Positions 44,694 to 53,533 of a stretch of DNA of 64,000 bases are shown piece by piece. The stretch is from an uncultured Bacteroidota bacterium (lineage in GTDB: Bacteria > Bacteroidota > Ignavibacteria > Palsa-1295), in the NCBI GenBank assembly GCA_963702215.1, contig OY969726.1, positions 3,288,609 through 3,352,608 on the forward strand. The letters are read 5' to 3'. Within the stretch, counting starts at the first letter, position 1. Each line of letters opens with the position of its first letter. The translations under genes and the position numbers were made by a program. The notes beneath the pieces were generated by a model that saw nothing but the letters and a program-made list of their open reading frames with translations, searched no databases and was not told where the DNA came from.

Positions 44694-45294
44694 TGAGTTC
44701 TCGGAACTTTGCCTCGACCTCGTGCCTGGTCGCTGCAATCTGACTCTCCAATAAAAGCAGCGCCTGTTGCGAAGTCTTAACAATGTCCAGCTGGCTATTC
44801 GCTCCAACACCAACGCCATACAAAGCATTTTGGAGCGGCGCAAAGGCGGCATCAATTTCGGAACGAAGTTTGTCGATTTGCTCGCAGAGCGAATCATTCA
44901 GCCAAATTTTGTTCGATTCATATGAAGCAACGAAATCTTTCAGGGCGTGCAAGAAATCATCCGCCTTAGGCCATTTGCTTTCGTGAGCCTCACCGGGAAC
45001 ACGTATAAGGTCCCTTCCTTTGCCAAACACCTGCGACAACTTAGAATATAGTTCCTTAAATACAACACCCTGTTCCTCTCGTAATCGAGCCAACCGGATC
45101 TCGTCCCACTTGTTGTTTCGGGCTATTTCACCTTTCAATTTTTCCAGTTCTCGATTTGAAGCACTGGCTAATTCGTTTTTGTATTTTTCCAAACCTTTCT
45201 CGGCTACCACTTCAGCCCGCTTCTTCACATAAGCGGGTATTCCGATCACTATCACAGCGAGAAGCGCTATGTCGATAATGTTTGATATGCTCAT
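44683..45294 (-). CDS. hypothetical membrane-anchored coiled-coil protein (cassette gene in the R-M island)
   Basis: 203 aa. N-terminal TM helix IIDIALLAVIVIGIPAYV, then Lys/Glu-rich coiled-coil. Its ATG overlaps the stop of an upstream R-M tail fragment (ATGA). Confidence 0.45.
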   Translation of the reverse strand: MSISNIIDIALLAVIVIGIPAYVKKRAEVVAEKGLEKYKNELASASNRELEKLKGEIARNNKWDEIRLARLREEQGVVFKELYSKLSQVFGKGRDLIRVPGEAHESKWPKADDFLHALKDFVASYESNKIWLNDSLCEQIDKLRSEIDAAFAPLQNALYGVGVGANSQLDIVKTSQQALLLLESQIAATRHEVEAKFRELMHV

Positions 45295-45400
45295 GCTTTT
45301 CCCTCCACTATCCTAATTTCCTCCTCGCTCAAACCGTAAAGCTGGTAGACGAGATTATCGATCTCCGCGTCCACGCCCGCGATGTGGCGGGTGAGGATAA
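45291..45400 (-). repeat. second copy (~92% identical) of the R-M gene 3' tail, an in-frame remnant encoding ...LTRHIAGVDAEIDNLVYQLYGLSEEEIRIVEGKA*
   Basis: Aligns to 45751..45860, the true 3' end of the R-M gene. It is preceded on the - strand by a terminator hairpin. Confidence 0.6.
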
Positions 45401-45429
45401 TAAAAAGGGCATACAATGATGTATGCCCT
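45396..45429 (-). terminator. rho-independent terminator for the - strand
   Basis: Read on the - strand: AGGGCATACA-TCAT-TGTATGCCCT followed by TTTTTATTAT. This is a 10-bp stem plus a T-run, downstream of the small SD-led ORF. Confidence 0.6.
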
Positions 45430-45437
45430 AAGTGGTA

Positions 45438-45599
45438 TCAAGTTTTCTTGACCCATGTCGCTCCGTGCGCGTTAGCATCGCCATTCACATTACACGGAGG
45501 GAACGTTTCCCCTGACTTAATGTAGATGGTATGAGTAGTGTGTTTCGAACAGTAATAAGTACCGCTAGATTCACATTTACCTCCCGTAGATCCGGTCAT
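45438..45599 (-). CDS. small (53 aa) Cys-containing protein with a canonical Shine-Dalgarno sequence
   Basis: AAAGGAGGTGATTAA-ATG; MTGSTGGKCESSGTYYCSKHTTHTIYIKSGETFPPCNVNGDANAHGATWVKKT, stop TGA. Not in the ORF track because it is under 60 aa. It sits in an AT-rich stretch immediately downstream of the R-M gene. Confidence 0.5.
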   Translation of the reverse strand: MTGSTGGKCESSGTYYCSKHTTHTIYIKSGETFPPCNVNGDANAHGATWVKKT

Positions 45600-45750
45600 T
45601 TAATCACCTCCTTTCATTAGCAATTATTATCACTCATGTTCAGTGAGTGCTAATATATTAACTATGTTTGGAGCCAAGTGAATCCTCGAAAACACGGTTG
45701 TTTATCCACATAAATGATAACGACTTCCCGTTTTTCCACATTCTAAAAAA

Positions 45751-48700
45751 TCAACCCTCCATTATCCTAATTTCCTCCTCGCTCAAACCGTAAAGCTGGT
45801 AAACGAGTTTATCGATCTCCGCATCCACGCCCGCGATCTGGCGAGTGAGGAGGGTGCGATTCTGGCCATCGCTCATCTTTTTAAGTTGGTTATGCAGATC
45901 GATTTCCCTTTCAACGTATTTTTCCATCAGCTTTATCTGCTTCGTTGAAACATCTTTTGGTACGGGAATCTTTCGCAAATCGCCGACCGATAATCGCGGA
46001 AAGGCATTCGCTACCATCTTGTTCGAAATGTACGGGTAAATTCTTGAGATTAATGTGGAATCTAAAATTCCCACAAGATATTTCATTGAGTAGTCGGATT
46101 CGGGAAGTGGATTGATGTTGAGGATGGTCTTGTAATTACAATATGTATCCTCCGTGTACGTTGCTTGCAGTGCGTGGGGTTGCTTTCCCGATATTTCGCG
46201 AATCAGAATTCTTGGCCCTTGTAGCCAGTCCATCGTTCGGTAATCGTGAAGCCAGGGGCCGTACTTAATCCACTGGCCTCTCACCCTCTCAAGCTCATAG
46301 CGAGAAACGTCACTACCCGCAAGCTCTGGAAGATATTCGGAAGACAGCTTTTTATCGGCATGAAAAACTCTGTTCTCGATTTGTTGTTTTGTGTGCTTAG
46401 AACTATTGTATGCCTGGCATCCGAGCGAAGCACGCGCGACCGTTCCCAGCGGAATCGATTGCTTTAGGATTTGATCCGCGAGTTTTCCCATAGGATCCAT
46501 CCTTCTCGTCTCAATGATGTGTCCTTCGTTTTTAAACCAATCAATCTGCTTTGCGTGGTATTCTTGCCCGCTCGTAGGATCGGAATCGGCGTCGATAACA
46601 CGCACTTCGTGCGAATCGCTGGCTACTATTTTCGAAAGAAAGACCAGCGCCGTGTTTACGGTTGCGGACTCGAAAACGAATCCTTTGAATGTTACGAGTT
46701 CGTCTATCTGAGTCTTTTCAAGAATATACTTCCTTAAGGACTTGGTAAAGACCTGAGTAAGCCAAGGATTTGGAACGATAAATCCAAGCTTTCCTTCTGG
46801 CTTGAGCAGTTCTATTCCTCGTTCGATAAAAAGCTGAAATAGGTCTGCCTTGTATTCTGCTGTTCCGAAGTGTAATAAATATTTGGCGGTTCTAGCATCG
46901 AACAGGTCTTTACCTATAACCACATACGGCGGGTTCCCAATGACGACATCGAAGCCGCCGTTTCGCATAATATCGGGGAAGGCTTGCTTCCAGTCCATCG
47001 GATTTATTTTGGCGGTGTCCGGGGAATAACCACCCCCTGCCCCCTCCTTGAAAAGGAGGGGGTTGTTGTAGTAATCGGTTCCGATGAGGGAGTTGCCGCA
47101 GAGGATGTTCCGGTCGAGATCGGGGAGCAGTCGCTCGGCGGTGTCGTAGGCAATGCGCTGGGTTCCTCCGTCGCTCCCGCCGCTCTCTCCGCCTTCGAGG
47201 ACTTTGAGCATCAAATTCAGCTTCGCCACTTCCACCGCGTTCCTGTCAATATCGACGCCGTGAATGTGGTCGAGCAAGATGCGCTTCCGCTCGCGCGGGG
47301 AAAGGCGATAATCTTTTTTCGTGGGGTCGGAAGTGGGAATGCGGTCGAGAACTTTCTTTTTTGTCCAGGATTCCGGCTCATTGGCGAGATAGAATTTGAG
47401 ATACCAATCGAGTAAATACTGATACGCTCCGAGCAGGAAGGAACCGGAGCCGCAGGCGGGATCTAAAATTGTGGGTGTGGGACATGCTTTAGCTTGTCCC
47501 TTCTTATCTTTGGACCAAGCTAAAGCATGGTCCACACCCAGCATTTTTCCGACGGTATTCTTCACAATATAATCGACAATATAGCTCGGCGTGTAATAGA
47601 CGCCGCCGGCTTTTTTTACTTCGGGCTTTTCTTCGACGCGGGCGTTGCCGCCTTTCGTCAGCGTGATGACTTGTCCCAGGAACTGCTCATACACGTGGCC
47701 CAGAATATCCGAGGGAACGATATCGAATGCATACGGACTTTCGGGATAATAAAGATGCCTGATGATGTCGGTGAGCACTTTATCGTCAATGGCAAGTCGC
47801 GGGGTGAGCGCGTCGAATCCTTCGCGGCTCTTCTCTTTCCTGAAATGGAAGAGACCGGAATTGAAGCGGTCGTCGGCGGCGCGGAAACGGTTGAGGAGAT
47901 TCTGGTAAACAGAACCAACCACCCCCCGTCCCCCGCCTTGAAAAGGCGGGGGAGTTTTTGTTTTTTGGGTTCCGTCTATGAGATAGCGCAGCCTGGCGTC
48001 GAGGGCAAGGTTCCCATATTGCTCGATCTTTCGGTCCCTCGCAGATGCGGAGCATGATAATGCGGTCGAGCGTAATTTGCACGGCGCTGTTTAGCTCGGA
48101 TTCGGACAGCCCTTTGTTGCGGAGCGCGATATTTTCGGCAAGCTTCTTTCGCCAGGCGATCATATCGGCGAGGAACTGTTTATCGAAGGGCGTGGTGCCG
48201 CGCTTGCCTTTTGCCTGCGCGGCGTATTTATCGAAGCGTCCTTTCCAGACGGCTTCGCGGGAAAACGTTTCCACGAGCCAGTCCCATTTCTCTTCGTACT
48301 GTTCGAAGTTGAAAAATTCGATGCGGTCTTTATAGGGCGCGTCGGTGGGTTTGGGAACGGAAGTAGTTTGATAAACGGCGAATTCCTCGAAATCGGAAAG
48401 CAGTGAGATGGAAAGTCCGGCGCTCCAGGCGTAGCGTTTCAATTGATAGGCCGGCGCGACGTCCGTTGCGAGGTGAACTTTGGGCGCTTTGCATTCGAGA
48501 AAGAATTTCTTCTCGCTGCCCACGCGGAAGGTATAATCGGGAGCCTTCATTGCGCCTTCAATGCGAAGCGAATCCTCGTGGATGACCTCTTTGTAGGCTT
48601 CGGCGAGTCCGGCACGATTCGTCATATCCCATCCGAGTTCCCACCAGAAGGGATTGATAAATTCCTCCCGAAGCTGCGCTTCTTTGTATTGGGCGCTCTT

Positions 48701-48766
48701 ATAGGATTCGCGGTGATCGCGAAACCGCTCGACGAGATCCTGAATTGTGCGAGGAAACATGTACAA
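45751..48766 (-). CDS. Type IIG restriction-modification enzyme (MmeI/Eco57I-like): N-terminal endonuclease, gamma-class N6-adenine methyltransferase and C-terminal target-recognition region, split by a frameshift
   Basis: ORF 47786..48766 gives the N-terminal nuclease domain (FINPFWWELGWD...LDRIIMLRICE). In a -1 frame it continues as DRKIEQYGNLALDARLRYLIDG...VVGSVYQNLLNRFRAADDRFNSGLFHF into ORF 45751..47922 (motif I DPACGSGSFLLGAYQ, motif IV DVVIGNPPYV, conserved tail LVYQLYGLSEEEIRIMEG). There is an extra G in the GGG run near 48036. Confidence 0.8.
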
Positions 48767-49104
48767 AAATACGAAAACATTGAACCTGGATCACGCGAAT
48801 GATCGCTCATCCGCTGCGGATTGGATGGATTTTCGGGATTACTATCGGAAAAAACGAAGAGTTCCAGTCCAAGGGGAACTATTAGATACGTATCTTATGT
48901 TTGATATTATGGAAGGGTTGTATTCGTTAAATGATTCGTATCTTTCATGAAGAAAGGATTGTGATTCTTTGAGAAATAAATATTGGTTCATGAACACGCA
49001 TCCAACACACACTATAAAACATTTTGGGCTTCTTTCTAGCAGAATGAAAAAATCAAACGTGCTCATTATGGATTTTTCCGATTTTTCTTCACTGCCTTCC
49101 CAGT

Positions 49105-50499
49105 TTATGCCCCGTATTTCTCCGGCCACAGCGCCTTCAATCGTTGCAGAATCGTCTTTTCGCGGCCTTGCTCGGTGGGGTGGTAGAAGACTTTATCCTG
49201 GAGCGATTCTGGTAGATACGTTTCGCCTTTGGCGAAATGTCCGGGCTCGGAGTGGGCATAGCGGTAACCTTCGTGGTAACCTAATTCCTTCATGAGCTTT
49301 GTTGGCGCATTGCGGAGATGAAGTGGCACCGGCTGGTCGGGATTTTGGCGGGCTTCTTCCATTGCCGCGCCGATGGCAACGGTCGTCGCATTGGATTTGG
49401 CCGCGGATGCGAGATATGCAACCACCTGCCCGAAAATAAGCTGCGCCTCGGGGTAACCGACGGCACGGACGGCATCCCAGCAGGCCGTGGCGAGCAGGAG
49501 CGCATTGGGATCGGCATTGCCGATGTCCTCGCTGGCGAAGATAATCATGCGGCGGGCGATGAATTCCAAATCCTCGCCGGATTCGATCATGCGGGCGCAC
49601 CAATAGAGCGCGGCGTTGGGATCCGATCCGCGCATGGATTTGATGAAGGCACTGATGATATTATAATGCTCCTCGCCGGCTTTATCGTAACGGGAAGCTT
49701 TTCGCCCGAAGGCGGCTTCGATGGTTTCAACGGTAAGGCCGAGCGAGGACGCTCGACCTACGCGTAGGTCGGTCGTCCTCGCCCGACTCTCCGGTTCTGC
49801 AAGCTGCACGGCGAGTTCCAGGGCGTTCAGCATCTTGCGAGCATCGCCGCCGGAAAGGGCCATGAGGGCGCGGCGAACATCTTCGGAGAGCGTAATGTCG
49901 AGCGATTTTAGTTCTTCGTCTTCTTTTAAGGCGCGGTCGAGCAGCGTTTCCAAATCTTCGCGTGAGAGACGTTCGAGCACGAAAACGCGGGCGCGGGAAA
50001 GCAGCGGCGAGATAACTTCGAAGGAGGGATTTTCCGTCGTCGCGCCGATAAGAGTTACCACACCGTGCTCGACCGCGCCCAAAAGCGCATCTTGCTGCGA
50101 TTTCGAGAAGCGGTGGACTTCGTCAATAAAAAGCACGCTCCGGTCTTCGGCGGTCGTGTTCGCTTCGCGCGCTTGTTCGATAGCCTCGCGCAAATCCTTG
50201 ACTCCGGCGCTGATGGCCGAAAGCGAAAAAAATGGCGCGCGGACCGAGCGAGCGAGAATATTCGCAATCGTCGTCTTGCCGGAACCCGGCGGACCCCAAA
50301 AGATCATCGAGTGCAGCTTGCCGCGCTCGATCATCATGCGGAGCGGCTTTCCTGGACCGACGAGCGCGCGTTGCCCCACAACTTCGTCTAAGGTTCGCGG
50401 GCGCATTCGTTCCGCGAGGGGAAGGAAGGAATGTGGATGGGTAAGCGCTAATGGGTCGGTTTCCGAGCATTCGAGCTTTGGTTGCTTTTGTCGTGGCAT
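49105..50499 (-). CDS. rarA: replication-associated recombination protein A (AAA+ ATPase MgsA/RarA)
   Basis: Walker A GPPGSGKTT, Walker B VLFIDEVHRF, and a MgsA C-terminal domain. Confidence 0.85.
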   Translation of the reverse strand: MPRQKQPKLECSETDPLALTHPHSFLPLAERMRPRTLDEVVGQRALVGPGKPLRMMIERGKLHSMIFWGPPGSGKTTIANILARSVRAPFFSLSAISAGVKDLREAIEQAREANTTAEDRSVLFIDEVHRFSKSQQDALLGAVEHGVVTLIGATTENPSFEVISPLLSRARVFVLERLSREDLETLLDRALKEDEELKSLDITLSEDVRRALMALSGGDARKMLNALELAVQLAEPESRARTTDLRVGRASSLGLTVETIEAAFGRKASRYDKAGEEHYNIISAFIKSMRGSDPNAALYWCARMIESGEDLEFIARRMIIFASEDIGNADPNALLLATACWDAVRAVGYPEAQLIFGQVVAYLASAAKSNATTVAIGAAMEEARQNPDQPVPLHLRNAPTKLMKELGYHEGYRYAHSEPGHFAKGETYLPESLQDKVFYHPTEQGREKTILQRLKALWPEKYGA

Positions 50500-50517
50500 G
50501 ATGTGCCTCCGTATGAC

Positions 50518-51228
50518 TCAACCAATTCTTTCGAGTGCTAATTCATATACGCGCTCCACCTGCCCTTCGATGGTCAGGTTCGTCGTATCGACTTGGGTAG
50601 CATCCGACGCTTTTCGAAGTGGGGAAATGGTGCGCTCGCGGTCGCGGTTGTCGCGTTCTTCGAGTTGCTGTCGCAATTCTTCAAGCGGAATATGAGTTCC
50701 CATCCGTTCAAATTCAAGCTGGCGCCGTTCGGCGCGCACTTGGGCATCGGCCACGAGAAAAATCTTAAGTTCCGCATCTGGAAACACGACCGTTCCTATA
50801 TCGCGTCCTTCCAGGACGACACCACCATCCCTGCCGATTGTCCGCTGTTTTTCGACGAGCTTCGCCCGCACCGCTGGATCGACGGAAAGCTCGCTCGCCA
50901 GCAGTGCAATATCGGGTTCCAGAATTTCTCGCGAGACATCCGCGCCATCCAGCATGATTTTGCCGTCGGAACCAAAGCCAATCTCCGCTTCCGAAAGTAA
51001 TTCGTGGATTCGTTCCGAATCGTGGCCGTGATGATCGCGCCGCCGGACCAGCAGCGCGAATGCGCGGTACATCGCGCCCGTATTCAGATGAAGATACCCC
51101 AGCCGCGCGGCAACTTGTTTTGCCGTCGTGCTTTTGCCGGAGGCCGTCGGGCCATCGATCGCAATGATGATGCCATTGTTCCGCATTCCAAATAACGAGT
51201 AACGAGGCGGAAGTACCGAGTCGTTCAA
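50518..51228 (-). CDS. cmk: cytidylate kinase
   Basis: IIIAIDGPTASGKSTTAKQVAARLGYLHLNTGAMYRA. Confidence 0.85.
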   Translation of the reverse strand: MNDSVLPPRYSLFGMRNNGIIIAIDGPTASGKSTTAKQVAARLGYLHLNTGAMYRAFALLVRRRDHHGHDSERIHELLSEAEIGFGSDGKIMLDGADVSREILEPDIALLASELSVDPAVRAKLVEKQRTIGRDGGVVLEGRDIGTVVFPDAELKIFLVADAQVRAERRQLEFERMGTHIPLEELRQQLEERDNRDRERTISPLRKASDATQVDTTNLTIEGQVERVYELALERIG

Positions 51229-51272
51229 TCGACGACCTGCTCGTTACTCTCCACCCGCCGTTCGGTATCGAG

Positions 51273-51926
51273 TTAACTCCGAAACTCGGTATTAACGATC
51301 GTGATTTGGCCAGGATATTGGAGGCTGAAACCCATGGCGGACATCGTTGGCTGCGCGAGCAACTGGACCTGCGAAGCGCCGCCTTGCCCGGAAAGCGCCA
51401 GCGCCAATTGCACTAATTGAGCGTAGCCTTGGTTCCCAAAAAATTGCTTGAGGTCAAGGGAAACTTGCAGCGGAATGACCGTGGTTGCACCGCCGGAAGG
51501 CACGCCAACGGGAGCGCCGATCCCGCCGCTGATTGTTTGTTGCCCATTTAAGAGCAGCTTCCATGGAAATTGGGTAACTTGCAGTGAGTTCACGAAGCTC
51601 GAGGCGCCAGGCGAGTTCGGATTCCGGGCATCGACATTCAGCGTAAATGTGAGTGGAAAATGCCCGGACGCAAATGCCGCGGCGAGGTTAATGCCATCCA
51701 TCACACTGAAATCCGAAATGCTGTGCTTGTTCGCGATATTGATTCCCGCGAGCTGGACGGATTGTACGTTATTCAGCTTGAATTGAATCCGCGAAAGTCC
51801 GGAAAGGGCGTTGAGCGTTGCGCACGAATTCAGACTTGCGGAAAAAACTCCGGCCCCGATTGCGAGTGCCGCTACCGCGCCGATGATACGAACCCCAAAT
51901 ATTTTCGATATGCTGAAATGTTTCAT
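51273..51926 (-). CDS. hypothetical lipoprotein or secreted protein
   Basis: The likely start is MKHFSISKIFGVRIIGAVAALAIGAGVFSASLNSC (signal/lipobox). Gly/Ala/Ser/Gln-rich. Confidence 0.35.
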   Translation of the reverse strand: MKHFSISKIFGVRIIGAVAALAIGAGVFSASLNSCATLNALSGLSRIQFKLNNVQSVQLAGINIANKHSISDFSVMDGINLAAAFASGHFPLTFTLNVDARNPNSPGASSFVNSLQVTQFPWKLLLNGQQTISGGIGAPVGVPSGGATTVIPLQVSLDLKQFFGNQGYAQLVQLALALSGQGGASQVQLLAQPTMSAMGFSLQYPGQITIVNTEFRS

Positions 51927-52094
51927 AAGTTCCCGTGGAAGTGAGTGCATGATTACTCATACACGATGAGATTATTTCAAATTTGAAAGCCTAATTCAAA
52001 ATCGCTGACCGGTCACGCGCGGAACGAAGGAATGCTGCATGAGAAGAGATTCCATGCAAGAGACGCGCCGAAGGGCGCGTCTCCAAGAATACTG

Positions 52095-52168
52095 CGGAGC
52101 GGACGGGACTCGAACCCGCGACCTCCTACGTGACAGGCAGGCGTTCTAACCAGCTGAACTACCGCTCC
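52095..52168 (-). tRNA. tRNA-Asp (anticodon GTC)
   Basis: The reverse complement reads GGAGCGGTAGTTCAGCTGGTTAGAACGCCTGCCTGTCACGTAGGAGGTCGCGGGTTCGAGTCCCGTCCGCTCCG. This is near-identical to bacterial tRNA-Asp, with anticodon loop CTGTCAC. Confidence 0.85.
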
Positions 52169-52237
52169 AGTACCAGATTGTGTCGATGGAAGCTCCTGCT
52201 TCCATCGGGGAAACAGTGGCGTCCCCTACACGCACTG

Positions 52238-52310
<73 letters not shown>

Positions 52311-52637
52311 GGCCAATGACAAGCATGAAGTATGAACTGCGAAAAAGGGCCCACCGCATTGCAATAAAACTCCCGATGCAATGCGATTCCCATTTCACAC
52401 TTCATGCTTCATAATTGCCCAATAGTGGCCGCACAAACGAGTAGAGCGCATTGCGCGGTTCCCCCCTATCAAAATTAACAGCTTGTGAACATATTAACGC
52501 CTGAACGCTGCGAACGACGAGATACAAACACTATCGGCGTCAATCCGTATTTTTCGGATTGACGCTCGCCTCAAAAAAAACATTCCAAAAAAATGCCAAA
52601 CACGCGACGCAGCCCCAACTTGGCAAGCCGAGTTCCC

Positions 52638-53081
52638 TCAGAGCTGGCTTCGCAGCCGCTCGCTTGCGCTCGAACCGAAATCCCCGGAGCCAAAGTCCGA
52701 TTCATCCTCGTAGGCTCGCGGAACGTATCCGCTTTCCTCGAATTCATCGCCAGAGAAGAAATCCTTGATCGGCTCGGTTGCGCGACTCAGCAAATCCCGA
52801 ACGAAATCCGTTTGCAGCAGGCCATAGCAGATCGCCCCGATCGCGATGCCCCCCACCGCCCACGGAACCCAGCCCGGCAGTCTGCTGGATGGCTTGGTGG
52901 TTTTGCCCATGCGACCGCTCCTCAAATCGAATTCCGATCCGTCCAGCATCGATCGCGATCCTTCGAAGCTTTTCGTGTGCGTCCCGTTGTGTGATATCGT
53001 CCGTGCAATTGGCATAATGACTTCAATAAAAATTTTAAAAGCTGATTGCAAGGCTAATGCCATTTGCTCCGGCGCGGTCAT
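52638..53081 (-). CDS. small hypothetical membrane protein with an acidic C-terminal tail
   Basis: Single TM helix GWVPWAVGGIAIGAICYGLL. The C-terminus is rich in Asp/Glu/Ser/Gly. Confidence 0.3.
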   Translation of the reverse strand: MTAPEQMALALQSAFKIFIEVIMPIARTISHNGTHTKSFEGSRSMLDGSEFDLRSGRMGKTTKPSSRLPGWVPWAVGGIAIGAICYGLLQTDFVRDLLSRATEPIKDFFSGDEFEESGYVPRAYEDESDFGSGDFGSSASERLRSQL

Positions 53082-53533
53082 TACGAGCCGCTCTTCGAGA
53101 AAACTGGCAAATGCCTGCGCCCGCGTTTGCGCTCATAAAATATGTCTTTTCCGAGCCAATTTCGCCACTCCGACTTTGTGGCTTTCTTTTTTTTGAATTT
53201 TCAGTTAATGAACTTTTGGACAGTTCCACTATTTTCGAATTTTTTCTTTCATAATTCATAATTGGCCCAAAAGGTGCCCATAAATGACGGTGCTAATATA
53301 ATATATTCAAATCGCAATGTCAAGAGGCCGGGCGATTATTTCTGAAATATTTTGATGCGGCGTTCCACAGCCCGCTGCGCCGGGCGGCATATTTGTAACC
53401 CTAGGTTCACCCGCACCCAGTCAAGCTGAGGGCGAGCTCAGGCTATAACTATTTCATCTCGGTGGGACTTGAGGTAATTTCCAGGATGGATTTTGCTGCA
53501 CAGCATGTTCTGCCGCCAAAATTATAGCATATC

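Noticed and set aside
53082-53533. Possible riboswitch in the 450-nt AT-rich leader of kbl
   Set aside because: No glycine or other riboswitch core motifs were recognisable. Only a short GCCCG-CTGCGC-CGGGC hairpin was seen. The evidence is insufficient.
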